Shown: positions 26,339 through 41,600 of the stretch, in pieces
How positions within the stretch are numbered: the stretch's first letter is position 1
How the letters are laid out: every line of letters begins with the position of its first letter
NCBI GenBank assembly: GCA_964057225.1
Contig: OZ059900.1
Span: 17,112,001-17,176,000, forward strand
Origin: Auanema rhodensis
Lineage: Eukaryota > Animalia > Nematoda
Reading direction: 5' to 3'
Length of the DNA: 64,000 nt
Program-made: the position numbers and the translations under genes
The notes under the pieces: model-generated
Told to the model about the DNA's origin: nothing
What the model saw: the letters and a program-made list of their open reading frames with translations, nothing else
Database searches by the model: none

Positions 26339-29300
26339 CACAGTATTTCCCATGAGAAATATTTTATTATGCTGGAAAACCAGTTTTTGGAAATTTCGCT
26401 GTAAACAAGGTTTTGACTTACGATTTCATGTGTTCAAACTCATGCAATGTCAATGAAACCTAGCTCAAAATTGTTCGTACAACGTCTAGTTCCACTTTCA
26501 CGACAAAAAAACAGGGGTTAGAAAATTAAGGAAATTAGCATATTCTGAGGGCACGCCCCTTATGGCTAATATTGATTAAATCGATTTTTGTTCATATGAG
26601 TCGTCAAATGCAACGAATTTCAGCGTGTTACGTACTAAAATGAAGCATTTTACATGCTGAACACTAGAAAAATACAAAAACACAGTATTTCTCATGAGAA
26701 ATATTTTATTATGCTGGAAAACCAGTTTTTGGAAATTTCGCTGTAAACAAGGTTTTGACTTACGATTTCATGTGTTCAAACTCATGCAATGTCAATGAAA
26801 CCTAGCTCAAAATTGTTCCTACAACGTCTAGTTCCACTTTCACGACAAAAAAACAGGGGTTAGAAAATTAAGGAAATTAGCATATTCTGAGGGCACGCCC
26901 TTTATGGCTAATATTGATTAAATCGATTTTTGTTCATATGAGTCGTCAAATGCAACGAATTTCAGCGTGTTACATACTAAAATGAAGCATTTTACATGCT
27001 GAACACTAGAAAAATACAAAAACACAGTATTTCCCATGAGAAATATTTTATTATGCTGGAAAACCAGTTTTTGGAAATTTCGCTGTAAACAAGGTTTTGA
27101 CTTACGATTTCATGTGTTCAAACTCATGCAATGTCAATGAAACCTAGCTCAAAATTGTTCGTACAACGTCTAGTTCCACTTTCACGACAAAAAAACAGGG
27201 GTTAGAAAATTAAGGAAATTAGCATATTCTGAGGGCACGCCCCTTATGGCTAATATTGATTAAATCGATTTTTGTTCATATGAGTCGTCAAATGCAACGA
27301 ATTTCAGCGTGTTACATACTAAAATGAAGCATTTTACATGCTGAACACTAGAAAAATACAAAAACACAGTATTTCCCATGAGAATAATTTTATTATGCTG
27401 GAAAACCAGTTTTTGGAAATTTCGCTGTAAACAAGGTTTTGACTTACGATTTCATGTGTTCAAACTCATGCAATGTCAATGAAACCTAGCTCAAAATTGT
27501 TCGTACAACGTCTAGTTCCACTTTCACGACAAAAAAACAGGGGTTAGAAAATTAAGGAAATTAGCATATTCTGAGGGCACGCCCCTTATGGCTAATATTG
27601 ATTAAATCGATTTTTGTTCATATGAGTCGTCAAATGCAACGAATTTCAGCGTGTTACATACTAAAATGAAGCATTTTACATGCTGAACACTAGAAAAATA
27701 CAAAAACACAGTATTTCCCATGAGAAATATTTTATTATGCTGGAAAACCAGTTTTTGGAAATTTCGCTGTAAACAAGGTTTTGACTTACGATTTCATGTG
27801 TTCAAACTCATGCAATGTCAATGAAACCTAGCTCAAAATTGTTCGTACAACGACTAGTTCCACTTTCACGACAAAAAAACAGGGGTTAGAAAATTAAGGA
27901 AATTAGCATATTCTGAGGGCACGCCCCTTATGGCTAATATTGATTAAATCGATTTTTGTTCATATGAGTCGTCAAATGCAACGAATTTCAGCGTGTTACA
28001 TACTAAAATGAAGCATTTTACATGCTGAACACTAGAAAAATACAAAAACACAGTATTTCCCATGAGAAATATTTTATTATGCTGGAAAACCAGTTTTTGA
28101 AAATTTCGCTGTAAACAAGGTTTTGACTTACGATTTCATGTGTTCAAACTCATGCAATGTCAATGAAACCTAGCTCAAAATTGTTCCTACAACGTCTAGT
28201 TCCACTTTCACGACAAAAAAACAGGGGTTAGAAAATTAAGGAAATTAGCATATTCTGAGGGCACGCCCCTTATGGCTAATATTGATTAAATCGATTTTTG
28301 TTCATATGAGTCGTCAAATGCAACGAATTTCAGCGTGTTACATACTAAAATGAAGCATTTTACATGCTGAACACTAGAAAAATACAAAAACACAGTATTT
28401 CCCATGAGAAATATTTTATTATGCTGGAAAACCAGTTTTTGGAAATTTCGCTGTAAACAAGGTTTTGACTTACGATTTCATGTGTTCAAACTCATGCAAT
28501 GTCAATGAAACCTAGCTCAAAATTGTTCGTACAACGTCTAGTTCCACTTTCACGACAAAAAAACAGGGGTTAGAAAATTAAGGAAATTAGCATATTCTGA
28601 GGGCACGCCCCTTATGGCTAATATTGATTAAATCGATTTTTGTTCATATGAGTCGTCAAATGCAACGAATTTCAGCGTGTTACATACTAAAATGAAGCAT
28701 TTTACATGCTGAACACTAGAAAAATACAAAAACACAGTATTTCCCATGAGAAATATTTTATTATGCTGGAAAACCAGTTTTTGGAAATTTCGCTGTAAAC
28801 AAGGTTTTGACTTACGATTTCATGTGTTCAAACTCATGCAATGTCAATGAAACCTAGCTCAAAATTGTTCCTACAACGTCTAGTTCCACTTTCACGACAA
28901 AAAAACAGGGGTTAGAAAATTAAGGAAATTAGCATATTCTGAGGGCACGCCCTTTATGGCTAATATTGATTAAATCGATTTTTGTTCATATGAGTCGTCA
29001 AATGCAACGAATTTCAGCGTGTTACATACTAAAATGAAGCATTTTACATGCTGAACACTAGAAAAATACAAAAACACAGTATTTCCCATGAGAAATATTT
29101 TATTATGCTGGAAAACCAGTTTTTGAAAATTTCGCTGTAAACAAGGTTTTGACTTACGATTTCATGTGTTCAAACTCATGCAATGTCAATGAAACCTAGC
29201 TCAAAATTGTTCCTACAACGTCTAGTTCCACTTTCACGACAAAAAAACAGGGGTTAGAAAATTAAGGAAATTAGCATATTCTGAGGGCACGCCCTTTATG

Positions 29301-32300
29301 GCTAATATTGATTAAATCGATTTTTGTTCATATGAGTCGTCAAATGCAACGAATTTCAGCGTGTTACATACTAAAATGAAGCATTTTACATGCTGAACAC
29401 TAGAAAAATACAAAAACACAGTATTTCCCATGAGAAATATTTTATTATGCTGGAAAACCAGTTTTTGGAAATTTCGCTGTAAACAAGGTTTTGACTTACG
29501 ATTTCATGTGTTCAAACTCATGCAATGTCAATGAAACCTAGCTCAAAATTGTTCGTACAACGTCTAGTTCCACTTTCACGACAAAAAAACAGGGGTTAGA
29601 AAATTAAGGAAATTAGCATATTCTGAGGGCACGCCCCTTATGGCTAATATTGATTAAATCGATTTTTGTTCATATGAGTCGTCAAATGCAACGAATTTCA
29701 GCGTGTTACGTACTAAAATGAAGCATTTTACATGCTGAACACTAGAAAAATACAAAAACACAGTATTTCTCATGAGAAATATTTTATTATGCTGGAAAAC
29801 CAGTTTTTGGAAATTTCGCTGTAAACAAGGTTTTGACTTACGATTTCATGTGTTCAAACTCATGCAATGTCAATGAAACCTAGCTCAAAATTGTTCCTAC
29901 AACGTCTAGTTCCACTTTCACGACAAAAAAACAGGGGTTAGAAAATTAAGGAAATTAGCATATTCTGAGGGCACGCCCTTTATGGCTAATATTGATTAAA
30001 TCGATTTTTGTTCATATGAGTCGTCAAATGCAACGAATTTCAGCGTGTTACATACTAAAATGAAGCATTTTACATGCTGAACACTAGAAAAATACAAAAA
30101 CACAGTATTTCCCATGAGAAATATTTTATTATGCTGGAAAACCAGTTTTTGGAAATTTCGCTGTAAACAAGGTTTTGACTTACGATTTCATGTGTTCAAA
30201 CTCATGCAATGTCAATGAAACCTAGCTCAAAATTGTTCGTACAACGTCTAGTTCCACTTTCACGACAAAAAAACAGGGGTTAGAAAATTAAGGAAATTAG
30301 CATATTCTGAGGGCACGCCCCTTATGGCTAATATTGATTAAATCGATTTTTGTTCATATGAGTCGTCAAATGCAACGAATTTCAGCGTGTTACATACTAA
30401 AATGAAGCATTTTACATGCTGAACACTAGAAAAATACAAAAACACAGTATTTCCCATGAGAATAATTTTATTATGCTGGAAAACCAGTTTTTGGAAATTT
30501 CGCTGTAAACAAGGTTTTGACTTACGATTTCATGTGTTCAAACTCATGCAATGTCAATGAAACCTAGCTCAAAATTGTTCCTACAACGTCTAGTTCCACT
30601 TTCACGACAAAAAAACAGGGGTTAGAAAATTAAGGAAATTAGCATATTCTGAGGGCACGCCCCTTATGGCTAATATTGATTAAATCGATTTTTGTTCATA
30701 TGAGTCGTCAAATGCAACGAATTTCAGCGTGTTACATACTAAAATGAAGCATTTTACATGCTGAACACTAGAAAAATACAAAAACACAGTAATACCCATG
30801 AGAAATATTTTATTATGCTGGAAAACCAGTTTTTGGAAATTTCGCTGTAAACAAGGTTTTGACTTACGATTTCATGTGTTCAAACTCATGCAATGTCAAT
30901 GAAACCTAGCTCAAAATTGTTCGTACAACGTCTAGTTCCACTTTCACGACAAAAAAACAGGGGTTAGAAAATTAAGGAAATTAGCATATTCTGAGGGCAC
31001 GCCCCTTATGGCTAATATTGATTAAATCGATTTTTGTTCATATGAGTCGTCAAATGCAACGAATTTCAGCGTGTTACATACTAAAATGAAGCATTTTACA
31101 TGCTGAACACTAGAAAAATACAAAAACACAGTAATACCCATGAGAAATATTTTATTATGCTGGAAAACCAGTTTTTGGAAATTTCGCTGTAAACAAGGTT
31201 TTGACTTACGATTTCATGTGTTCAAACTCATGCAATGTCAATGAAACCTAGCTCAAAATTGTTCCTATAACGTCTAGTTCCACTTTCACGACAAAAAAAC
31301 AGGGGTTAGAAAATTAAGGAAATTAGCATATTCTGAGGGCACGCCCTTTATGGCTAATATTGATTAAATCGATTTTTGTTCATATGAGTCGTCAAATGCA
31401 ACGAATTTCAGCGTGTTACATACTAAAATGAAGCATTTCACATGCTGAACACTAGAAAAATACAAAAACACAGTATTTCCCATGAGAAATATTTTATTAT
31501 GCTGGAAAACCAGTTTTTGGAAATTTCGCTGTAAACAAGGTTTTGACTTACGATTTCATGTGTTCAAACTCATGCAATGTCAATGAAACCTAGCTCAAAA
31601 TTGTTCGTACAACGTCTAGTTCCACTTTCACGACAAAAAAACAGGGGTTAGAAAATTAAGGAAATTAGCATATTCTGAGGGCACGCCCCTTATGGCTAAT
31701 ATTGATTAAATCGATTTTTGTTCATATGAGTCGTCAAATGCAACGAATTTCAGCGTGTTACGTACTAAAATGAAGCATTTTACATGCTGAACACTAGAAA
31801 AATACAAAAACACAGTATTTCTCATGAGAAATATTTTATTATGCTGGAAAACCAGTTTTTGGAAATTTCGCTGTAAACAAGGTTTTGACTTACGATTTCA
31901 TGTGTTCAAACTCATGCAATGTCAATGAAACCTAGCTCAAAATTGTTCCTACAACGTCTAGTTCCACTTTCACGACAAAAAAACAGGGGTTAGAAAATTA
32001 AGGAAATTAGCATATTCTGAGGGCACGCCCTTTATGGCTAATATTGATTAAATCGATTTTTGTTCATATGAGTCGTCAAATGCAACGAATTTCAGCGTGT
32101 TACATACTAAAATGAAGCATTTTACATGCTGAACACTAGAAAAATACAAAAACACAGTATTTCCCATGAGAAATATTTTATTATGCTGGAAAACCAGTTT
32201 TTGGAAATTTCGCTGTAAACAAGGTTTTGACTTACGATTTCATGTGTTCAAACTCATGCAATGTCAATGAAACCTAGCTCAAAATTGTTCGTACAACGTC

Positions 32301-35300
32301 TAGTTCCACTTTCACGACAAAAAAACAGGGGTTAGAAAATTAAGGAAATTAGCATATTCTGAGGGCACGCCCCTTATGGCTAATATTGATTAAATCGATT
32401 TTTGTTCATATGAGTCGTCAAATGCAACGAATTTCAGCGTGTTACATACTAAAATGAAGCATTTTACATGCTGAACACTAGAAAAATACAAAAACACAGT
32501 ATTTCCCATGAGAATAATTTTATTATGCTGGAAAACCAGTTTTTGGAAATTTCGCTGTAAACAAGGTTTTGACTTACGATTTCATGTGTTCAAACTCATG
32601 CAATGTCAATGAAACCTAGCTCAAAATTGTTCCTACAACGTCTAGTTCCACTTTCACGACAAAAAAACAGGGGTTAGAAAATTAAGGAAATTAGCATATT
32701 CTGAGGGCACGCCCCTTATGGCTAATATTGATTAAATCGATTTTTGTTCATATGAGTCGTCAAATGCAACGAATTTCAGCGTGTTACATACTAAAATGAA
32801 GCATTTTACATGCTGAACACTAGAAAAATACAAAAACACAGTATTTCCCATGAGAAATATTTTATTATGCTGGAAAACCAGTTTTTGGAAATTTCGCTGT
32901 AAACAAGGTTTTGACTTACGATTTCATGTGTTCAAACTCATGCAATGTCAATGAAACCTAGCTCAAAATTGTTCGTACAACGTCTAGTTCCACTTTCACG
33001 ACAAAAAAACAGGGGTTAGAAAATTAAGGAAATTAGCATATTCTGAGGGCACGCCCCTTATGGCTAATATTGATTAAATCGATTTTTGTTCATATGAGTC
33101 GTCAAATGCAACGAATTTCAGCGTGTTACATACTAAAATGAAGCATTTTACATGCTGAACACTAGAAAAATACAAAAACACAGTATTTCCCATGAGAAAT
33201 ATTTTATTATGCTGGAAAACCAGTTTTTGGAAATTTCGCTGTAAACAAGGTTTTGACTTACGATTTCATGTGTTCAAACTCATGCAATGTCAATGAAACC
33301 TAGCTCAAAATTGTTCCTACAACGTCTAGTTCCACTTTCACGACAAAAAAACAGGGGTTAGAAAATTAAGGAAATTAGCATATTCTGAGGGCACGCCCTT
33401 TATGGCTAATATTGATTAAATCGATTTTTGTTCATATGAGTCGTCAAATGCAACGAATTTCAGCGTGTTACATACTAAAATGAAGCATTTCACATGCTGA
33501 ACACTAGAAAAATACAAAAACACAGTATTTCCCATGAGAAATATTTTATTATGCTGGAAAACCAGTTTTTGGAAATTTCGCTGTAAACAAGGTTTTGACT
33601 TACGATTTCATGTGTTCAAACTCATGCAATGTCAATGAAACCTAGCTCAAAATTGTTCGTACAACGTCTGGTTCCACTTTCACGACAAAAAAACAGGGGT
33701 TAGAAAATTAAGGAAATTAGCATATTCTGAGGGCACGCCCCTTATGGCTAATATTGATTAAATCGATTTTTGTTCATATGAGTCGTCAAATGCAACGAAT
33801 TTCAGCGTGTTACATACTAAAATGAAGCATTTTACATGCTGAACACTAGAAAAATACAAAAACACAGTATTTCCCATGAGAAATATTTTATTATGCTGGA
33901 AAACCAGTTTTTGGAAATTTCGCTGTAAACAAGGTTTTGACTTACGATTTCATGTGTTCAAACTCATGCAATGTCAATGAAACCTAGCTCAAAATTGTTC
34001 CTACAACGTCTAGTTCCACTTTCACGACAAAAAAACAGGGGTTAGAAAATTAAGGAAATTAGCATATTCTGAGGGCACGCCCTTTATGGCTAATATTGAT
34101 TAAATCGATTTTTGTTCATATGAGTCGTCAAATGCAACGAATTTCAGCGTGTTACATACTAAAATGAAGCATTTTACATGCTGAACACTAGAAAAATACA
34201 AAAACACAGTATTTCCCATGAGAAATATTTTATTATGCTGGAAAACCAGTTTTTGGAAATTTCGCTGTAAACAAGGTTTTGACTTACGATTTCATGTGTT
34301 TAAACTCATGCAATGTCAATGAAACCTAGCTCAAAATTGTTAATACAATGTCTAGTTCCACTTTCACGACAAAAAAACAGGGGTTAGAAAATTAAGGAAA
34401 TTAGCATATTCTGAGGGCACGCCCCTTATGGCTAATATTGATTAAATCGATTTTTGTTCATATGAGTCGTCAAATGCAACGAATTTCAGCGTGTTACATA
34501 CTAAAATGAAGCATTTTACATGCTGAACACTAGAAAAATACAAAAACACAGTATTTCCCATGAGAAATATTTTATTATGCTGGAAAACCAGTTTTTGGAA
34601 ATTTCGCTGTAAACAAGGTTTTGACTTACGATTTCATGTGTTCAAACTCATGCAATGTCAATGAAACCCAGCTCAAAATTGTTCGTACAACGTCTAGTTC
34701 CACTTTCACGACAAAAAAACAGGGGTTAGAAAATTAAGGAAATTAGCATATTCTGAGGGCACGCCCCTTATGGCTAATATTGATTAAATCGATTTTTGTT
34801 CATATGAGTCGTCAAATGCAACGAATTTCAGCGTGTTACATACTAAAATGAAGCATTTTACATGCTGAACACTAGAAAAATACAAAAACACAGTATTTCC
34901 CATGAGAAATATTTTATTATGCTGGAAAACCAGTTTTTGGAAATTTCGCTGTAAACAAGGTTTTGACTTACGATTTCATGTGTTCAAACTCATGCAATGT
35001 CAATGAAACCTAGCTCAAAATTGTTCGTACAACGTCTAGTTCCACTTTCACGACAAAAAAACAGGGGTTAGAAAATTAAGGAAATTAGCATATTCTGAGG
35101 GCACGCCCCTTATGGCTAATATTGATTAAATCGATTTTTGTTCATATGAGTCGTCAAATGCAACGAATTTCAGCGTGTTACATACTAAAATGAAGCATTT
35201 TACATGCTGAACACTAGAAAAATACAAAAACACAGTATTTCCCATGAGAAATATTTTATTATGCTGGAAAACCAGTTTTTGAAAATATCGCTGTAAACAA

Positions 35301-38300
35301 GGTTTTGACTTACGATTTCATGTGTTCAAACTCATGCAATGTCAATGAAACCTAGCTCAAAATTGTTCCTACAACGTCTAGTTCCACTTTCACGACAAAA
35401 AAACAGGGGTTAGAAAATTAAGGAAATTAGCATATTCTGAGGGCACGCCCCTTATGGCTAATATTGATTAAATCGATTTTTGTTCATATGAGTCGTCAAA
35501 TGCAACGAATTTCAGCGTGTTACATACTAAAATGAAGCATTTTACATGCTGAACACTAGAAAAATACAAAAACACAGTATTTCCCATGAGAAATATTTTA
35601 TTATGCTGGAAAACCAGTTTTTGGAAATTTCGCTGTAAACAAGGTTTTGACTTACGATTTCATGTGTTCAAACTCATGCAATGTCAATGAAACCTAGCTC
35701 AAAATTGTTCGTACAACGTCTAGTTCCACTTTCACGACAAAAAAACAGGGGTTAGAAAATTAAGGAAATTAGCATATTCTGAGGGCACGCCCCTTATGGC
35801 TAATATTGATTAAATCGATTTTTGTTCATATGAGTCGTCAAATGCAACGAATTTCAGCGTGTTACATACTAAAATGAAGCATTTTACATGCTGAACACTA
35901 GAAAAATACAAAAACACAGTATTTCCCATGAGAAATATTTTATTATGCTGGAAAACCAGTTTTTGAAAATATCGCTGTAAACAAGGTTTTGACTTACGAT
36001 TTCATGTGTTCAAACTCATGCAATGTCAATGAAACCTAGCTCAAAATTGTTCCTACAACGTCTAGTTCCACTTTCACGACAAAAAAACAGGGGTTAGAAA
36101 ATTAAGGAAATTAGCATATTCTGAGGGCACGCCCCTTATGGCTAATATTGATTAAATCGATTTTTGTTCATATGAGTCGTCAAATGCAACGAATTTCAGC
36201 GTGTTACATACTAAAATGAAGCATTTTACATGCTGAACACTAGAAAAATACAAAAACACAGTATTTCCCATGAGAAATATTTTATTATGCTGGAAAACCA
36301 GTTTTTGGAAATTTCGCTGTAAACAAGGTTTTGACTTACGATTTCATGTGTTCAAACTCATGCAATGTCAATGAAACCTAGCTCAAAATTGTTCCTACAA
36401 CGTCTAGTTCCACTTTCACGACAAAAAAACAGGGGTTAGAAAATTAAGGAAATTAGCATATTCTGAGGGCACGCCCTTTATGGCTAATATTGATTAAATC
36501 GATTTTTGTTCATATGAGTCGTCAAATGCAACGAATTTCAGCGTGTTACATACTAAAATGAAGCATTTCACATGCTGAACACTAGAAAAATACAAAAACA
36601 CAGTATTTCCCATGAGAAATATTTTATTATGCTGGAAAACCAGTTTTTGGAAATTTCGCTGTAAACAAGGTTTTGACTTACGATTTCATGTGTTCAAACT
36701 CATGCAATGTCAATGAAACCTAGCTCAAAATTGTTCGTACAACCTCTAGTTCCACTTTCACGACAAAAAAACAGGGGTTAGAAAATTAAGGAAATTAGCA
36801 TATTCTGAGGGCACGCCCCTTATGGCTAATATTGATTAAATCGATTTTTGTTCATATGAGTCGTCAAATGCAACGAATTTCAGCGTGTTACATACTAAAA
36901 TGAAGCATTTTACATGCTGAACACTAGAAAAATACAAAAACACAGTATTTCCCATGAGAAATATTTTATTATGCTGGAAAACCAGTTTTTGAAAATATCG
37001 CTGTAAACAAGGTTTTGACTTACGATTTCATGTGTTCAAACTCATGCAATGTCAATGAAACCTAGCTCAAAATTGTTCCTACAACGTCTAGTTCCACTTT
37101 CACGACAAAAAAACAGGGGTTAGAAAATTAAGGAAATTAGCATATTCTGAGGGCACGCCCCTTATGGCTAATATTGATTAAATCGATTTTTGTTCATATG
37201 AGTCGTCAAATGCAACGAATTTCAGCGTGTTACATACTAAAATGAAGCATTTTACATGCTGAACACTAGAAAAATACAAAAACACAGTATTTCCCATGAG
37301 AAATATTTTATTATGCTGGAAAACCAGTTTTTGGAAATTTCGCTGTAAACAAGGTTTTGACTTACGATTTCATGTGTTCAAACTCATGCAATGTCAATGA
37401 AACCTAGCTCAAAATTGTTCCTACAACGTCTAGTTCCACTTTCACGACAAAAAAACAGGGGTTAGAAAATTAAGGAAATTAGCATATTCTGAGGGCACGC
37501 CCTTTATGGCTAATATTGATTAAATCGATTTTTGTTCATATGAGTCGTCAAATGCAACGAATTTCAGCGTGTTACATACTAAAATGAAGCATTTCACATG
37601 CTGAACACTAGAAAAATACAAAAACACAGTATTTCCCATGAGAAATATTTTATTATGCTGGAAAACCAGTTTTTGGAAATTTCGCTGTAAACAAGGTTTT
37701 GACTTACGATTTCATGTGTTCAAACTCATGCAATGTCAATGAAACCTAGCTCAAAATTGTTCGTACAACGTCTAGTTCCACTTTCACGACAAAAAAACAG
37801 GGGTTAGAAAATTAAGGAAATTAGCATATTCTGAGGGCACGCCCCTTATGGCTAATATTGATTAAATCGATTTTTGTTCATATGAGTCGTCAAATGCAAC
37901 GAATTTCAGCGTGTTACATACTAAAATGAAGCATTTTACATGCTGAACACTAGAAAAATACAAAAACACAGTAATACCCATGAGAAATATTTTATTATGC
38001 TGGAAAACCAGTTTTTGGAAATTTCGCTGTAAACAAGGTTTTGACTTACGATTTCATGTGTTCAAACTCATGCAATGTCAATGAAACCTAGCTCAAAATT
38101 GTTCGTACAACGTCTAGTTCCACTTTCACGACAAAAAAACAGGGGTTAGAAAATTAAGGAAATTAGCATATTCTGAGGGCACGCCCCTTATGGCTAATAT
38201 TGATTAAATCGATTTTTGTTCATATGAGTCGTCAAATGCAACGAATTTCAGCGTGTTACATACTAAAATGAAGCATTTTACATGCTGAACACTAGAAAAA

Positions 38301-38650
38301 TACAAAAACACAGTAATACCCATGAGAAATATTTTATTATGCTGGAAAACCAGTTTTTGGAAATTTCGCTGTAAACAAGGTTTTGACTTACGATTTCATG
38401 TGTTCAAACTCATGCAATGTCAATGAAACCTAGCTCAAAATTGTTCCTATAACGTCTAGTTCCACTTTCACGACAAAAAAACAGGGGTTAGAAAATTAAG
38501 GAAATTAGCATATTCTGAGGGCACGCCCTTTATGGCTAATATTGATTAAATCGATTTTTGTTCATATGAGTCGTCAAATGCAACGAATTTCAGCGTGTTA
38601 CATACTAAAATGAAGCATTTCACATGCTGAACACTAGAAAAATACAAAAA

Positions 38651-41600
38651 CACAGTATTTCCCATGAGAAATATTTTATTATGCTGGAAAACCAGTTTTT
38701 GGAAATTTCGCTGTAAACAAGGTTTTGACTTACGATTTCATGTGTTCAAACTCATGCAATGTCAATGAAACCTAGCTCAAAATTGTTCGTACAACGTCTA
38801 GTTCCACTTTCACGACAAAAAAACAGGGGTTAGAAAATTAAGGAAATTAGCATATTCTGAGGGCACGCCCCTTATGGCTAATATTGATTAAATCGATTTT
38901 TGTTCATATGAGTCGTCAAATGCAACGAATTTCAGCGTGTTACATACTAAAATGAAGCATTTTACATGCTGAACACTAGAAAAATACAAAAACACAGTAA
39001 TACCCATGAGAAATATTTTATTATGCTGGAAAACCAGTTTTTGGAAATTTCGCTGTAAACAAGGTTTTGACTTACGATTTCATGTGTTCAAACTCATGCA
39101 ATGTCAATGAAACCCAGCTCAAAATTGTTCGTACAACGTCTAGTTCCACTTTCACGACAAAAAAACAGGGGTTAGAAAATTAAGGAAATTAGCATATTCT
39201 GAGGGCACGCCCTTTATGGCTAATATTGATTAAATCGATTTTTGTTCATATGAGTCGTCAAATGCAACGAATTTCAGCGTGTTACATACTAAAATGAAGC
39301 ATTTTACATGCTGAACACTAGAAAAATACAAAAACACAGTATTTCCCATGAGAAATATTTTATTATGCTGGAAAACCAGTTTTTGGAAATTTCGCTGTAA
39401 ACAAGGTTTTGACTTACGATTTCATGTGTTCAAACTCATGCAATGTCAATGAAACCTAGCTCAAAATTGTTCCTACAACGTCTAGTTCCACTTTCACGAC
39501 AAAAAAACAGGGGTTAGAAAATTAAGGAAATTAGCATATTCTGAGGGCACGCCCTTTATGGCTAATATTGATTAAATCGATTTTTGTTCATATGAGTCGT
39601 CAAATGCAACGAATTTCAGCGTGTTACATACTAAAATGAAGCATTTTACATGCTGAACACTAGAAAAATACAAAAACACAGTATTTCCCATGAGAAATAT
39701 TTTATTATGCTGGAAAACCAGTTTTTGGAAATTTCGCTGTAAACAAGGTTTTGACTTACGATTTCATGTGTTCAAACTCATGCAATGTCAATGAAACCTA
39801 GCTCAAAATTGTTCGTACAACGTCTAGTTCCACTTTCACGACAAAAAAACAGGGGTTAGAAAATTAAGGAAATTAGCATATTCTGAGGGCACGCCCCTTA
39901 TGGCTAATATTGATTAAATCGATTTTTGTTCATATGAGTCGTCAAATGCAACGAATTTCAGCGTGTTACGTACTAAAATGAAGCATTTTACATGCTGAAC
40001 ACTAGAAAAATACAAAAACACAGTATTTCCCATGAGAAAAATTTTATTATGCTGGAAAACCAGTTTTTGGAAATTTCGCTGTAAACAAGGTTTTGACTTA
40101 CGATTTCATGTGTTCAAACTCATGCAATGTCAATGAAACCTAGCTCAAAATTGTTCCTACAACGTCTAGTTCCACTTTTACGACAAAAAAACAGGGGTTA
40201 GAAAATTAAGGAAATTAGCATATTCTGAGGGCACGCCCCTTATGGCTAATATTGATTAAATCGATTTTTGTTCATATGAGTCGTCAAATGCAACGAATTT
40301 CAGCGTGTTACGTACTAAAATGAAGCATTTTACATGCTGAACACTAGAAAAATACAAAAACACAGTATTTCCCATGAGAAAAATTTTATTATGCTGGAAA
40401 ACCAGTTTTTGGAAATTTCGCTGTAAACAAGGTTTTGACTTACGATTTCATGTGTTCAAACTCATGCAATGTCAATGAAACCTAGCTCAAAATTGTTCCT
40501 ACAACGTCTAGTTCCACTTTTACGACAAAAAAACAGGGGTTAGAAAATTAAGGAAATTAGCATATTCTGAGGGCACGCCCCTTATGGCTAATATTGATTA
40601 AATCGATTTTTGTTCATATGAGTCGTCAAATGCAACGAATTTCAGCGTGTTACATACTAAAATGAACCATTTTACATGCTGAACACTAGAAAAATACAAA
40701 AACACAGTAATACCCATGAGAAATATTTTATTATGCTGGAAAACCAGTTTTTGGAAATTTCGCTGTAAACAAGGTTTTGACTTACGATTTCATGTGTTCA
40801 AACTCATGCAATGTCAATGAAACCTAGCTCAAAATTGTTAATACAATGTCTAGTTCCACTTTCAGGACAAAAAAACAGGGGTTAGAAAATTAAGGAAATT
40901 AGCATATTCTGAGGGCACGCCCTTTATGGCTAATATTGATTAAATCGATTTTTGTTCATATGAGTCGTCAAATGCAACGAATTTCAGCGTGTTACATACT
41001 AAAATGAAGCATTTTACATGCTGAACACTAGAAAAATACAAAAACACAGTATTTCCCATGAGAAATATTTTATTATGCTGGAAAACCAGTTTTTGGAAAT
41101 TTCGCTGTAAACAAGGTTTTGACTTACGATTTCATGTGTTCAAACTCATGCAATGTCAATGAAACCTAGCTCAAAATTGTTCGTACAACGTCTAGTTCCA
41201 CTTTCACGACAAAAAAACAGGGGTTAGAAAATTAAGGAAATTAGCATATTCTGAGGGCACGCCCCTTATGGCTAATATTGATTAAATCGATTTTTGTTCA
41301 TATGAGTCGTCAAATGCAACGAATTTCAGCGTGTTACATACTAAAATGAAGCATTTTACATGCTGAACACTAGAAAAATACAAAAACACAGTATTTCCCA
41401 TGAGAAATATTTTATTATGCTGGAAAACCAGTTTTTGAAAATTTCGCTGTAAACAAGGTTTTGACTTACGATTTCATGTGTTCAAACTCATGCAATGTCA
41501 ATGAAACCTAGCTCAAAATTGTTCCTACAACGTCTAGTTCCACTTTCACGACAAAAAAACAGGGGTTAGAAAATTAAGGAAATTAGCATATTCTGAGGGC

